From Vitrella brassicaformis CCMP3155 (Eukaryota; Protista; Chromerida): DNA of 64,000 nt. The stretch spans positions 248,001 to 312,000 of the forward strand of contig CDMY01000376.1 in the NCBI GenBank assembly GCA_001179505.1, in the 5' to 3' direction. Shown here in pieces: positions 1-12,173 of this stretch. Position 1 is the stretch's first letter, and the number at the start of each line of letters is the position of its first letter. A program made the position numbers and the translations under genes. The notes under the pieces were generated by a model. It ran no database searches and was not told where the DNA came from. It saw nothing but the letters and a program-made list of their open reading frames with translations.

Positions 1-46
1 GTCTTGTGTGGGTCATGCGCATGCGATGCGGTGCGTGTGTGTGTAG

Positions 47-3000
47 GATGAGATAGAGAGCGAGAGCCGGAACTTGCAGTTTGTCGAGACCACCACACTC
101 AGGTATGTAGGTCAAACAATTTGACGACCAGGCAGGGCAAGCAGCAGGGCAGGCGGTCTGGGGGCTGCTTAGTGACGTGACGGACGAACAGACGAGCACG
201 CTTGGTTTGGTTGCTTCCGTGCGGTTCGTGTGCAGGAAGCAGCTCAAGATCTTCAAAGCCCTCGCGTGGCCATACTTTCAAAAGGTGTGTATGGGTATGG
301 GCCTTTTGGCTTGGCTGTCTGTTCGTACGCTCTCAGTCAGTGTGTGCAGTGCATGGTGCGTCTTGTGTTCTGTTGTGTGCCGTGTAGGAGTCGCGAGCCC
401 GCCAGCAGTTTGGGCTGGTGATCCTCCTGACCCTCCTCAACTCTGGTGGGTACACACAACACAGAGAGAGACGACGTACACACACACACACACAGACACA
501 CACATGGATGGATGGATGGATGACCCGCGTGTGTGGTGCAGGTGTGTCGGTGTTGTTCTCGTACATCGGGCGGGACTTCTGGAACGCACTCAGCGAAAAG
601 AACGAAGAACTTTTCAACACCGTATGTGTGAAGAGCTCCACACACACAGCCAATCACACACTCCCCATATCTATGTGGGTGTGCGTTTGTCAATTGCGCA
701 TGGCCTGTGTGTGCAGATGTTGCTTCGGTTCTTCGGAGCGTTGGTTGCGGGCATTCCCATCACCGTATTCTACACATTCGTCAGAAGACGGGTCGGTCGC
801 TGGGGGTGGATGGACCCACAAGACACACACCCACACCCAGACGCATGTGTGTGTGTGTGTGTGTGCTTGTGCTGTGTGTCTATTGCCTGTGACATGACAG
901 TTGGGTCTGGAGTGGCGTCAGTGGATGACCACCGAAGTGATGAAGGAATACTACGCACACAGGTCGGTTCGGACCACTCCCACTCCTACACATACAGACA
1001 GGGGGGCTTTTATCCATCCATCCATTTATCCATGGTGCATGTGTGTGTGTGTGCGTGGCTCTGCACTCACTGCCCTCCCTGCAGGTCGTATTACCTCATA
1101 GAGAGCAACAAGGAGATCGACAACCCCGACCAGCGAATCGCAGAAGACATCAAGTACACACCTACACACCACACACCACACCCACCGCACACACACGCCT
1201 GGCATGTCTGTCCGTGTGCTGTGTGTCATTGAATGCAATGCAATCATTGGTTTGATGAATCGAATCTCTCAGCTCCTTCACGAATGTGTCGTTGGATTTC
1301 TTCATCACGTGCATGACGTCCGTCATCGACTTCCTGGCATTCAGCGCCATCCTGTACTCCATCGACCCCAACCTCTTTCTCGCCGCGGTAAGTACGTGGG
1401 CACTTCCCCTGCACACACATCCTTCGTGTGTGTCTGTGTCTGTGTCTGTCTGTCTGAGTCAGTTCCTCTATTCAAGCGTCGGGACCTATTTCACCGTCAC
1501 CATCGGCCGCCAGCTGGTCGGTTTGAACTTCGAGCAGCTCCAGAAGGAGGCCGACCTCCGATACTCGCTCGTCAGGTACACCTGACCCCACCCCCCCGCT
1601 GCCACCCCACCCACACACATCACATCAACCACGCACACCACCATGTACTTGTCCGTGTGTGTGTACTTAGGGTTCGCGAGAACGCCGAGAGTGTGGCCTT
1701 TTACGGCGGCGAGGAGATCGAGGGGATGGAGAACGAGCGGCGGCTCAACCGTGCCGTCAGCAACTACCGCGACATCATCGGCGTGCAGCGGAATCTGGAG
1801 TTCTTCACTGTGGGATACAGATACATCATTCAGGCAACCAACCACAACACAACACAACACAACACACAGTCCATCGCATTGCACCTTCTTAGCGCACATG
1901 CCGTGTGTCTTGATTTGTCCTGTGCTGTGCTGTGTCTGCAGATATTGCCGGCCTTTGTGGTGGCCCCCCGGTACTTCGCGGGCGCGATTGAGCTGGGTGA
2001 GTGCACTGAGGGGGATCCGCTCGTCCACCAATATATGTGTGTGTGTGTGTGTGTGTGTGTTGATGGCAGGTGTGATAAGTCAGTCCTACGGAGCCTTCAA
2101 CCACATCCTCAGCGACCTCTCCATCTTCGTCAACCAGTTCGAGGTGGGCAACCAACCAATCATCCTCCCTCCCACCGGCCCCCGCCAGAATCTTATAATT
2201 GTGTTATGTACTTTGGTTCTTGTGTGTGTGTGTGTGTGCAGCGCATCAGTGCGTTCAGCGCTGGCGTTGACCGTCTGGGTCAGTTTGTAGATTTCCTCGA
2301 GATGCAGCGGCGCCGGTCTGTCGCCATCAGAAACGACACACTCACCACCGCCACACAAACTGAGGAAGGTAAGGAGCTGTGGTCGGTCAGCACACACACA
2401 CGACCACAGCTAACATCGGCATTCTCTGTGTGGTGTGCCATGTGTGTCAGTGGTTAGCAATGGGCTGCCTGCCTCGGGGGTCTTGAGGCGTGCAGACACC
2501 ATCTCGACTGCCGCCGGTGAGTTGACTGTGTGGAGTGTACTGCACACACACACACAGCACACATACACACTTACAACAAACATGCGGATGCATGCCTAGA
2601 CGATCGCTGCACGTCACCTGCAGGGTCTAGTCACGACCTGATGATGGGGTCGACGGGCGAGATACCGCCCTCCACTGGTAGGTACCTACCCACACACAGG
2701 CATCCACAACCACGCACACACACACACACATGTGTGTGTGTGTGTCATGTGTCTGTCTGCTCGTGTCTGTGTGTCCTCAGGTGAGGAGTCGACGATAAGC
2801 CTGCCTCCGTCCACTGCCGGCGTGTGGCTCGCCAAGACCACTGAGGGCCTCTTCAAAATGCCAATCGACGAGGAGAAGGAAAACGGTATGCATGTACCAG
2901 ACACATACTCAGCAAGCCACACAGGCAGGCAGGCAGGCACACAGAGGCAGGCGCATTGGTTGGGTGCGTGTCTGCAGGGTTTCCCTCCCAGATACGCACT

Positions 3001-4985
3001 TTGGCACTGCCTGGTGCCACGCTCGTCATGAGAGACGTCATGGTCAAGACGCCTGACGAGTGAGGGAGGCAGGCACCTCACACACACACCACAGCCACCA
3101 TACGCTCGCTGCCCATGAATATGTATGTATGTCTCTTACCTACCGGTCAGGAGTCGCACGTTGACCCGCGATTTGTCGCTGACGCTGTCTGAGGGCGAGC
3201 ACATGCTCATCGTCGGCAACAGCGGCACTGGTATGAAAAACCAACCGGCACACATTGCAATGCTTGCCGACTTTTTGTGTGTGTGTATGCCATCTCTCTC
3301 TTGTGTGTGTGTGTGTGCAGGGAAGTCGTCTCTGTTGCGCGCCATCGCCGGGCTGTGGACCAACGGTGCGTTCGTTCTTTCCATGTGTGAGGTGTGCATG
3401 AGTGCCCATCCTTCCTTGTGCGGGGCTGGGTTGGGGTGTCTGTCCATGTGTGTGTGCTCACGTGAAGGCAAGGGCTGGATCGAGCGCCCCCCGCCGGGCG
3501 AGATGTTCTTCCTCCCACAGAGGCCATACTGCACACTAGGTGGGTAACAACTGACACACGCACTCGCTGCCTGCACCCATCGTCGCATCCGCCATGGGTC
3601 TGTGTGTGTGTGTGTGTGTGTGTGGCCACCCCACAGGCACTCTGCGCGACCAGTTACTGTACCCCCGCACGCCCAAGGACAAGACGACTGACAAGCAGGT
3701 ATGTGGATATGTTATGTGCACAGCACACAGGTGAGGTGCGTGCCTACCGTACACACGCATGTATCAATCAACAGGGCGGTGATTCGTCCCCGACCAGCGT
3801 GTCTACGGCCGACTCACCGACCAACCACAACCACAACCACAACCACAATGGAAGGAGGAAAGATGGTCCGCACACGCACATACAAAAGCACACACGCTTT
3901 GAACGAACATTGAGTGTCTGTCTGTGTGCACTGCAGCGCACCACCACCACTCTGCATCTGCGGGATCCCGTCTGCCGTCCATCGACGAGGAGGAGGAGTA
4001 CATTTCGGACGAGAGCCTGCTGGCCATATTGGAAAAGGTAGGTACACACGTTCGTTGTGATAGTTATAACACACACACACACACGCGCAATCTCTCACAC
4101 ATACTCTCACCTGAATGGATGATACACACTCACACTCGCGTGCGTGTAAGCAATTAAATTGTGTTTGTTTCATCCATTCAGGTGAGGCTGGGCGACATGG
4201 TGCGGAGAGTTGCCGAGGTGGGTGGGTGAATCGAATCTGTCTGCACACACACATGCAGACAAAAACGCATCGTGGATGGATGGATGGATGGATTTCGTCC
4301 CGGCTTTCGTTCTGCCTCCCTCCCTCCAGGCCGACCAGCTGCCCAACGGCCTCGACGCCGTGCGCGACTGGTGAGTGTGTATACACATGGATACACACAC
4401 ATGTGATGTGTACCGCGTTCCAAATGTACACCCGTTGTGTGTTCGGTTCGGTTCGCACAGGTCGGACATGTTGTCGTTGGGTGAGCAGCAGAGGCTGGCC
4501 TTTGCCAGGCTTCTCGCCAACAGGTGGGCCTCGTGGGCCTCAATGTCCACACACCACACCATACCATGGTGTGCTGTGCACCATCAGGCCCCGGTTAGCT
4601 GTGTTGGATGAGGCGACGAGCGCGTTGGATTTGGGCACGGAGGAGGCCATGTACAAAACCATGGCGGTGCGACACACGCACACACACACACACACACATC
4701 GCACCTCCTCCATGGATGTATTGCGTGTGTCAACAATTTAAACAGGAGGAGCTGCCGCGTCTGACGTATGTGAGTGTGGGCCACAGGCCGTCGCTGCTCA
4801 AGTTCCACGAACAGAAACTCAGACTTTTCCCTGGTAACCATAGCATACACACGCACACACACACATCCCTCCCTCCCTCCCTCCCTGCACCCTTGATGTG
4901 TGTGTATGTGTGTGCAGACGGCACGTACGACTTTGAGCGGATCATGCGCGACGCCGAGGCGAGAAGGGAATACCAGACGCTCTGA
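47..4985 (+). CDS. ABC half-transporter, ABCD/YddA-like (plant ABCD2/cyanobacterial type), multi-exon, probably 5'-truncated by the window edge
   Basis: Spliced exons give LAWPYFQK, LGLEWRQWMT, EIDNPDQRIAEDIK (family motif DNPDQRI), Walker A GNSGTGKSSLLRAIAGLW, signature LSLGEQQRLAFARLL, Walker B VLDEATSALD and H-loop SVGHR. Stop TGA at 4983-4985. Confidence 0.92.
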
Positions 4986-5808
4986 GCAAGCCGCCAGCCA
5001 CGATAGATAGACAGACAGACAGACAGATGTGTATAAGCTCAGAAGGGGAGCGATCGATGCCATGCACGACAGGGGCCGAGAGAGTTTTTGTGGAATAGAT
5101 AATACACAGCACACACAGAGGGGAGGGCCTGAGAGGGGGGGGGGGTGTGGATGGGTGCATGTCTGTCTGCCTGAGTGTGGGTGTGTGCATACATCCCGAT
5201 GGGTTCGATTTTGATGCACACGCAGATGTGTATGTATGTCCAGTCAGTCCACCTATGGTTTTGCCATCTATCCTCTCATAGGTACCTACCTCCCTGCCTA
5301 CGTGTGTGTGGTGTGTGCGGTGTGTGTGGTGTGTGTGGTGGGCGATGTTTGTGCATAGCATAGGGCGGCTTGTATGATTTGGCTGGGGGCGGGTTGCTTT
5401 TGTGACATCTGCCATTGATGTGTCCCTCCCTCCATCTGTGTGTGTCTTGCCAAGCAAGCGACAGACAGACGGACAGACAGACACAGACATGTGTGTACCA
5501 TGTACGCAGCCTACAGTGTATATCAACGCTCCAAGCGTATGTCTGCAGGATGCACAACAACTGATGGCGCGCTCAAAAGCGTGTGTGTCGTGCATAATGG
5601 GTCGACACGTCACGAAGACAGGTGCGCCACAGTGACCGACCTCACCAGGCAGGGGGGGGCTTTGACGAGTGGTGGACATGCATCGGGGGTCCACCTACTT
5701 GTACAGTCCGCTCACAGACATAGACACAGACACAGACACCGACACGGACAAACACATACATGACTTGAAGATGACGCACCATACACACATGTAGCATGTC
5801 TCGATTGG

Positions 5809-7208
5809 TCACGCTGGTGGGGGAGGGGGCGAATAGGCACTCAAAGCATCCAGAAACTGACGCGCACACCACACCACACACGCGTCCATCCATCCATATC
5901 CATGATACGACAGACATAGTCACCTGGTTGAGTGTTGGGTCGTCATTCTTGCCCTTGAAGGGGATCTCCGTCGTCAGGGGACCTTTCTCGCCCTGCGCAT
6001 CCACACCGCATAGTTGGGGGGCGCACACATCCAGAGAGAGTCGTGGAGACAGATGTGCATGTTATGTGTATGCATACTTCAGGGTACAAGATAGCCAAGA
6101 GGTCAGTTCTGAGAGCCTGCACGTGTGCGCGACAGGAGAGAGACCAGATGTGTGCAGTCAGTGCATCCAAGTGGTGTGTCTATCTTCTTTCTGACCTCAT
6201 CCATGCCCATCGCGAAATCAACAAACATGTCCTATACACAAAGACACACACTCGTGTGTGTCACTGTCGTACGTCTAGAGCTCTATGTGTGTGTACTTTG
6301 TTCAATGTGTGTGGTGTGACGTCCATTCCCCGTGGAAACTTCTTGTCAGCCGTCAGCCGCATCACAATGTCCTTGCCCACCACAGACTCCTGCGCACAGA
6401 CACATGCCATGCACGCCCACACCCATCCATCCCCCAATCGCATACAGACACACGCCACCCTCTCCCTCCCTGTATTTACTTTGAGTGTGTCCTTGTCAGT
6501 GGCGATGGCCCGCCACAGCCGGCAGCACGCCCGGTGCCGGATTGCATGAGACACGTCCTGCTCCAGCTGCGTCAGCTTCGTCTCCAACTCGCCATTCTGC
6601 TCGCGAAATGATGCACTGAAAAGAAGAAAGGGGGCACATAGGGGGAAGATTTGCATGTCGAAGGCGGATTTTTCCGTCTGTCTGTCTGGCTGCTTGTTTG
6701 CTTACGAGCTGGCTCTGAGCTCCTCAATGACGTCCCATAGAGGATCCCTGCATGGACGCATCGGCTATACATGAGGAGAGATCATGTCTTCCTGTCTCTA
6801 GGGCCCTGTGTGTATGTCTCACGGACAGTCACCTGTATTCGCCAAAACACTTTCTGACAAGCTTACGCGGGTCCTCGGGAGCCACCTCACTCTCCTGCAA
6901 CCCTATCAACACTGCAACCGAATATATACACACACACAAATGCATCCAGCCGACACTGCCCTGCTCAGTCAATTCGTACGTTTGACGAGCGCCTCCACAA
7001 CGCCCTTATCCACGAGGAACTGCCTGAAGTCCCTCATCTTGGCCTCTCGCCGACTCGCCTTGATCTCATCAAACGAGGGCGGCGCATGGCCCATCTGCTC
7101 TGCGGCCGTTTGTGAGAGGGAGGAGGGGCCCGGCGCATGGGAGGTGTCCGGGGAGGGTAAGGAGGGCAGGGGAGACTCGGGAACAGTGGACAGGGCCTGG
7201 CTGCTCAT
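5809..7208 (-). CDS. c-Myc-binding protein (MYCBP/AMY-1/FAP174)-like dimerisation-docking + coiled-coil protein with C-terminal extension
   Basis: ATG at 7208 (MSSQALSTVPESP). Exons give KMRDFRQFLVDKGVVEALVK, then GLQESEVAPEDPRKLVRKCFGEY, then coiled coil REQNGELETKLTQLEQDV. This resembles the MYCBP pattern FRRYLEKSGVLDTLTKVLVALYEEPEKP. Last exon FLDALSAYSPPPPPA* has its stop at 5809-5811. Exon ends are inferred. Confidence 0.65.
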
Positions 7209-7320
7209 GGCTCTCAGTCCATGCGCTCTCGGAGACTGGGGGCGACCTGGGGGAAACACACGGTCCGACCGGGGCTGCCGTTCGCTTCGTGCAGTCCTTT
7301 TCAGAAGAAGGTGAGCCATC

Positions 7321-10300
7321 ATGCTGGCGATTCCTCCGCCACCACCGCCCCTCATCCTGCACCGCTCGGGTACGTAAGCGCTGCGCACACAGACAGACAG
7401 ACAGAAACGCTCTCATCATGATGTTGTGTTTGTATGTGTATGCACGTATGTATGTACGTATGTATATGATGCGGTTGGCTGCAGAGCTGGTGTGTGTGGC
7501 GCGCTACGATAGTGCCCAGCACCACCGACACAGGGCTGCGGCGCATGCAGCAGCCAAGGGCGGTGGGGAGGGCACCGCCACAGAGGCGGCCGTGTCGCCA
7601 AAGGCAGGCGGATGGCGCTCAAAAGTCACCGAACCTTACAAGGTGTCTCTCTCTCTCTCTCTCTCTCTCTCCGCATGTACTGTATCCATGCTGAATGCGT
7701 ATCGATGTTTCCTGCAGCCGTTGGGTGTGCCGCTCCTGGCGTACAAGGACCTGCCGGCGCCCTTTCCCACGATGGCCTCCAAGTACCTGCACGCCCCGCC
7801 ATCGCGGCGGTCCACACGGCAGAGGGACATGCTCAGGGACGCCGCCAAGAGAGAGGTCGACGGTAGGCCCCACCACACAGGCACACACACCACGTGTTCT
7901 CTCTCTTTTTTTCTGTGTGTGGCTGGTGTGTGCAGCAATGGAGAGGGAGCGTGCTGAGGCGCATCGCTTGGCGTCTCGTGTGGGGGCGTTGAATGTGCGC
8001 AAGAGGATCGACAGGGACGGCGACGGCATGGACTGGCTGCGGAGATTCCTCAAGGAGAGCGAGGGACGAGTGGAACAGGTCAACACACGCACACGCATGA
8101 AATGTCACAGTGCATTCGTGTCGTACGTATACGGGGTTATAGGTGCGATCGTTGTCCCCCCATCTGCTGTTTGGTCAAGACTCATCGCTGCTCAAGGACG
8201 ACCAGCTGGACCTGCTGCTGCCTGACCGAACCGCATACCCCGTGCAGCCCACAAGTGTGTGTCCAATCACACGTGTACACACACGCACACAAAACAGCAA
8301 GAGGTGCTCTTGTGTGCTTAGCGAGCCCCTATGGCCGCGAGAGGACACAAGCCGACATCGGTTACACCAGCACCAAAACCCCTTGATTTCTGCAGCACGG
8401 CTCTTATCTCGTCCTCTCATTCCGTTGCAGCGGCCCCCACACGAGCACAACCACCACCACCACCCATACAGATGCAGAAGCTCCGGTCGTCCTTCTCCGA
8501 CACCATGGACACCACTTCCCCTCCCCCAGCCGTCCCGCCCACCGCCCCCGTCACCTACATCCCGCTGCGGCCGCTAAGCGCTCGGCTGCACGAGACACGC
8601 AGAGCAGGGGAGAGATACACATACCCGTCACCACCTCGCACAAGCAGGTGTGACAGCCAGTGCACTGACGCACAACGGGGACCGACGCATGCCATGCGTG
8701 TATGTTATGTGCAGGCCAGATATAGCGTGTCGGCTGCGCAGGAACAGGAGGCTGGTCCGCCGGACCGTCACACCGAACTCACCGAGGATCGCATTCATAG
8801 CCCAGCAGACAGCAAGGCGGCAGCAGGGGCCGCTGCCATCCCATGTGCATGACGAGAGGCGTGCAGCCACTGCTGCGGCAGCTGGTGGTGGCAAGTGGGG
8901 TAATGGCCGTCGTCGGGCAGGGCAAGGTCCGGGGATGGACGAGCGAGGGAGGGAGGAGGAGTGAGCAGAGCACATACTTATTTGTACGCACATACATTGC
9001 CAGGCGCGATGTGCACATGTTTCTGTGCCTCCATTTATTTCTTCTTTTTGTGTGTGGTGCATTCATTGGCAGGGTCCGGCCGTCGACAGTGCAGCAGATG
9101 CGCGGCGCCACCAGGATGCGCCTGGCTACCAAATTCGGACCGGAGAAGACCAAAAACCTCGTCCAGGAGAAGGTTCGTTCTCGTGTTCGTGCGTCTGTGA
9201 ACACATACACACACACACGCATCACTGTGTGTATGTGTGTGTGTGTGTATGTGTGTGTGTGTGTGTCTCCCCCCCGCCCCAACAGCCCTTGCACATATCA
9301 GCGATCGACGGCCGTGCAGAGGAGCTGCCCATACAGCTGCCATCCCTTTGGACGTACATAAGCAACGCAGACACCCAATGGCACGTGTGTGTGTGTGTCA
9401 TGACATGGATGCATGGTGTGTGTGTAGTTACATCGACCATCTGACCCCCGGTTGGCTGGAGGACCAGCGCGTCAAGTACGGCGAGCGGGGAGTCGGGAGC
9501 GGGGGGGAGAGGGAGACACCGGGATCGACCGGTGCTAAGAAAGGTACACCGTATATACACCCTACACACACACCTGTGGATGCGCGTGTGTGTGTGCAGG
9601 TCGGACTGAGACGGTGGAGCGCAATCCATACCGAATCCTCGACCGCAAACTGCAGGTAAGTATGTACATGCAGATACCTTTCCTTCCTTCCTGTAGGTAT
9701 GTGCATTTGCACATGTGTGTGCACATACAGGATTTGGACCGTAAGTTCTGGAAGAGCCGGAACATGACCCACCTTGTCGGCTGGGGCGGCGCCACCGTCA
9801 CGCACTACGGTCAGTCGGCCAGGCAGTCAGCACACACCTCACGTATTCACAAACACACACATGCCTACGTGCATGGTATGCATATCTCAGGGGCATTTGA
9901 TGAAGGCGACAGGGAGAGAGACAAGCGTGTAAGATAACGGCCGAGACACCGAGCACATATGGTGTCTCCCTCTCTCTCTTGTGTGCGTGTCGTGTGTGGT
10001 GTTCGATAGGGTGCTTCGTTCATTGACGGCTCTGAGGCGGACGCGGAGAGTGTCCACGGACACCCAGCAGGTCAGGTGCCCTTCCCCGCACATTTATATA
10101 GACACGTGGACGGGTGCACAATGATGCAGACACCGCGGGTGTGGGTGGCGACGACGTGCCCCATTCTGTGCCCATCATGGCCATTCTCCTCGACAGAGAC
10201 GAGATGAACGACCCTATCGCACGCATCAAGGCACGTCATAGGCACACACACACATACAGACACAGATCTATGTCCACATCCCCTCTCTCTCTCTCGGTGC

Positions 10301-11432
10301 GTGTCGTGTGTGTGTATGAGGCCTGCAGTCGATGCTTCAGGACTTTAGCGACACGCGGCAGCGGTTCAGACACTCACTCGAACAGAAACTATTCGCAATG
10401 GTACGCACGGCGTGTGTGGCATCATGACACTTTCACGGCAGCACAGCACACACACAGCACATGCACACGAATGCGCCCCTATACGTCGTACACGCAGGAG
10501 TCTTCCCGGCTGCCGTCCTGCTTCCGCAAGTCACGATACCTCTCACAACAGACACACGGCGGTACGGTACGCACACGCAGCCGCACCCAAATACACACAC
10601 ATATATTCTTGCGTGTGGATGGATGGATGGATGGACGTGTGCAGCTGACCGGCGTCAGCAGCGGAGTGCCGGCAGTGAGCTGCGTGGGATGCGGCTCAAG
10701 GCAGAGCTGGAGTACCTGCAGCAACACGCCGGCAAAGGCATGTGCAGACAGATACTCTGGTTGGTACTCTTCACCCACTCCCCAACACAGAGAGCCTCCA
10801 CATATGTGTATCCATTCTGTCTGTGTGTGTGTGTAGGTACATGTCTCTGCTGTCGTGTCTGCATCCGCGCAAGCGTGAGCTGTCACCGGTGTGCTTCTGG
10901 CTGATCGAGTGCATCCGACGGGTGGTCGAAAGAGGTACGTACGTCACCTGCATCACGGCGAGACATGCTCAGCTTACGCACGGATAGTGCGTGTGTGTTG
11001 TGTTTGTGTGCAGGTCGCTTGTTCACACGAGCGATGTTCTTTGAGCTGCTGTCGTCCATCGAAGACTGCGAAGTCACACCCATGCTGTGCATGGTACGTA
11101 CGTGTGGAGTGACGTGCACAACGAGTGCCTCTGCATTATAGATACACATACCCATCAGTTGTTTGCGCGCATGACCGAGGGCATCCCCGACCTCGCCCCG
11201 TCGGCACTCATCGACTACTTTGTCAAGGAAAGAGGTGCAGGCACACGGCACATGCACATGACACACGCCGTGTTTACATGTCCACACACATACAATGCAG
11301 GTTTTCGCCCCTCTGCGCTCGACGTGGAATTGAGCAAACTCAAATTTGAGGGCGGCGGGCAGGAACAGGTGAAGGGAAATTCACCCGAAGGCGCCTCTTT
11401 CTGTCTGTGCACATGCGTTTGTCACTCTCCCG

Positions 11433-11465
<33 letters not shown>

Positions 11466-11537
11466 TGCCTACAGGCGGCTGAGGAGGTGAAAGGCACAGG
11501 TGAAGAGGATGAGAATGCGCCGAATGAGGAGGGCTGA
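7321..11537 (+). CDS. Hypothetical multi-exon protein (about 20 exons; could be two genes)
   Basis: Chain of GT-AG-bounded GC-rich exons, e.g. PLGVPLLAYKDLPAPFPTMASKY, DWLRRFLKESEGRVEQ, VERNPYRILDRKLQ, YMSLLSCLHPRKRELSPVCFWLIECIRRVVERG, LFARMTEGIPDLAPSALIDYFVKER. Terminal exon EEDENAPNEEG* has TGA at 11535-11537. No family recognised, and not every junction was phase-checked. Confidence 0.6.
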
Positions 11538-11602
11538 GTGTCGATAAGTCAGTCCGTGTGTCGGCGGTTTGGGGGAGTGGTGTAGATTGTTCTGTGTGTG
11601 CA

Positions 11603-11777
11603 CATTAGAAAAGGCCTTGATTTGACAGATCGATCGCATGAGCTCACGTCGAATGCACCCGCACACACATGAATGAACGAATCCACACATACATACAATG
11701 TCTCCCCCATGTGTGTAGGAATGCACACTTATCACACAGCAGACACGGAACAGACATGTGTTCACCCATTCACCAGC
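11603..11777 (+). repeat. Diverged direct repeat, copy 1 (partner at 14396-14618)
   Basis: Colinear shared blocks with copy 2: CATTAGAAAAGGCCTTGAT (19 nt exact), AGATCGRTCGCATGA, ACAATGTCTCCCCCA, TGTAGGAATGC, GTGTTCACC, ATTCACCAGC. Confidence 0.85.
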
Positions 11778-12173
11778 CTGATGTAAAGGTGTCATCAGCA
11801 AGCCACTCTGCCTGATTGATTGATTGATAGACTGCAAAGAGCACCATTGTGTCTCGAAAAATAGGTCAACTACGCAGACCAAGAATTGGAGACAACAAGC
11901 GGCGAAGCGCACAAACACACAAAACATACACATGCACACACATCTATACGAAAAATAAGGCGACAATCAACAGCCACTCCCCCATCTCGACAACTAACAC
12001 GAATTACCAATGTTGGGACCAACCCATCACGCACACACTCATGTGAAAGTCACTGCTCGGCTCGAGTCAGTCATGAGACAGCCATCCATTACACCAGGCA
12101 CGACCACAAGCACACACCCCATTCCCTCCCAATCAAACACACACTCATGCAGGAGTCATTGGTCGGCTGAATC

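Noticed and set aside
177-2457. Long ORF-track entries (e.g. 177-1232, 1204-2457, 14657-15814) rich in CV/HT dipeptides
   Set aside because: They read through (TG)n/(CA)n introns. The real coding sequence is the spliced exon chain.
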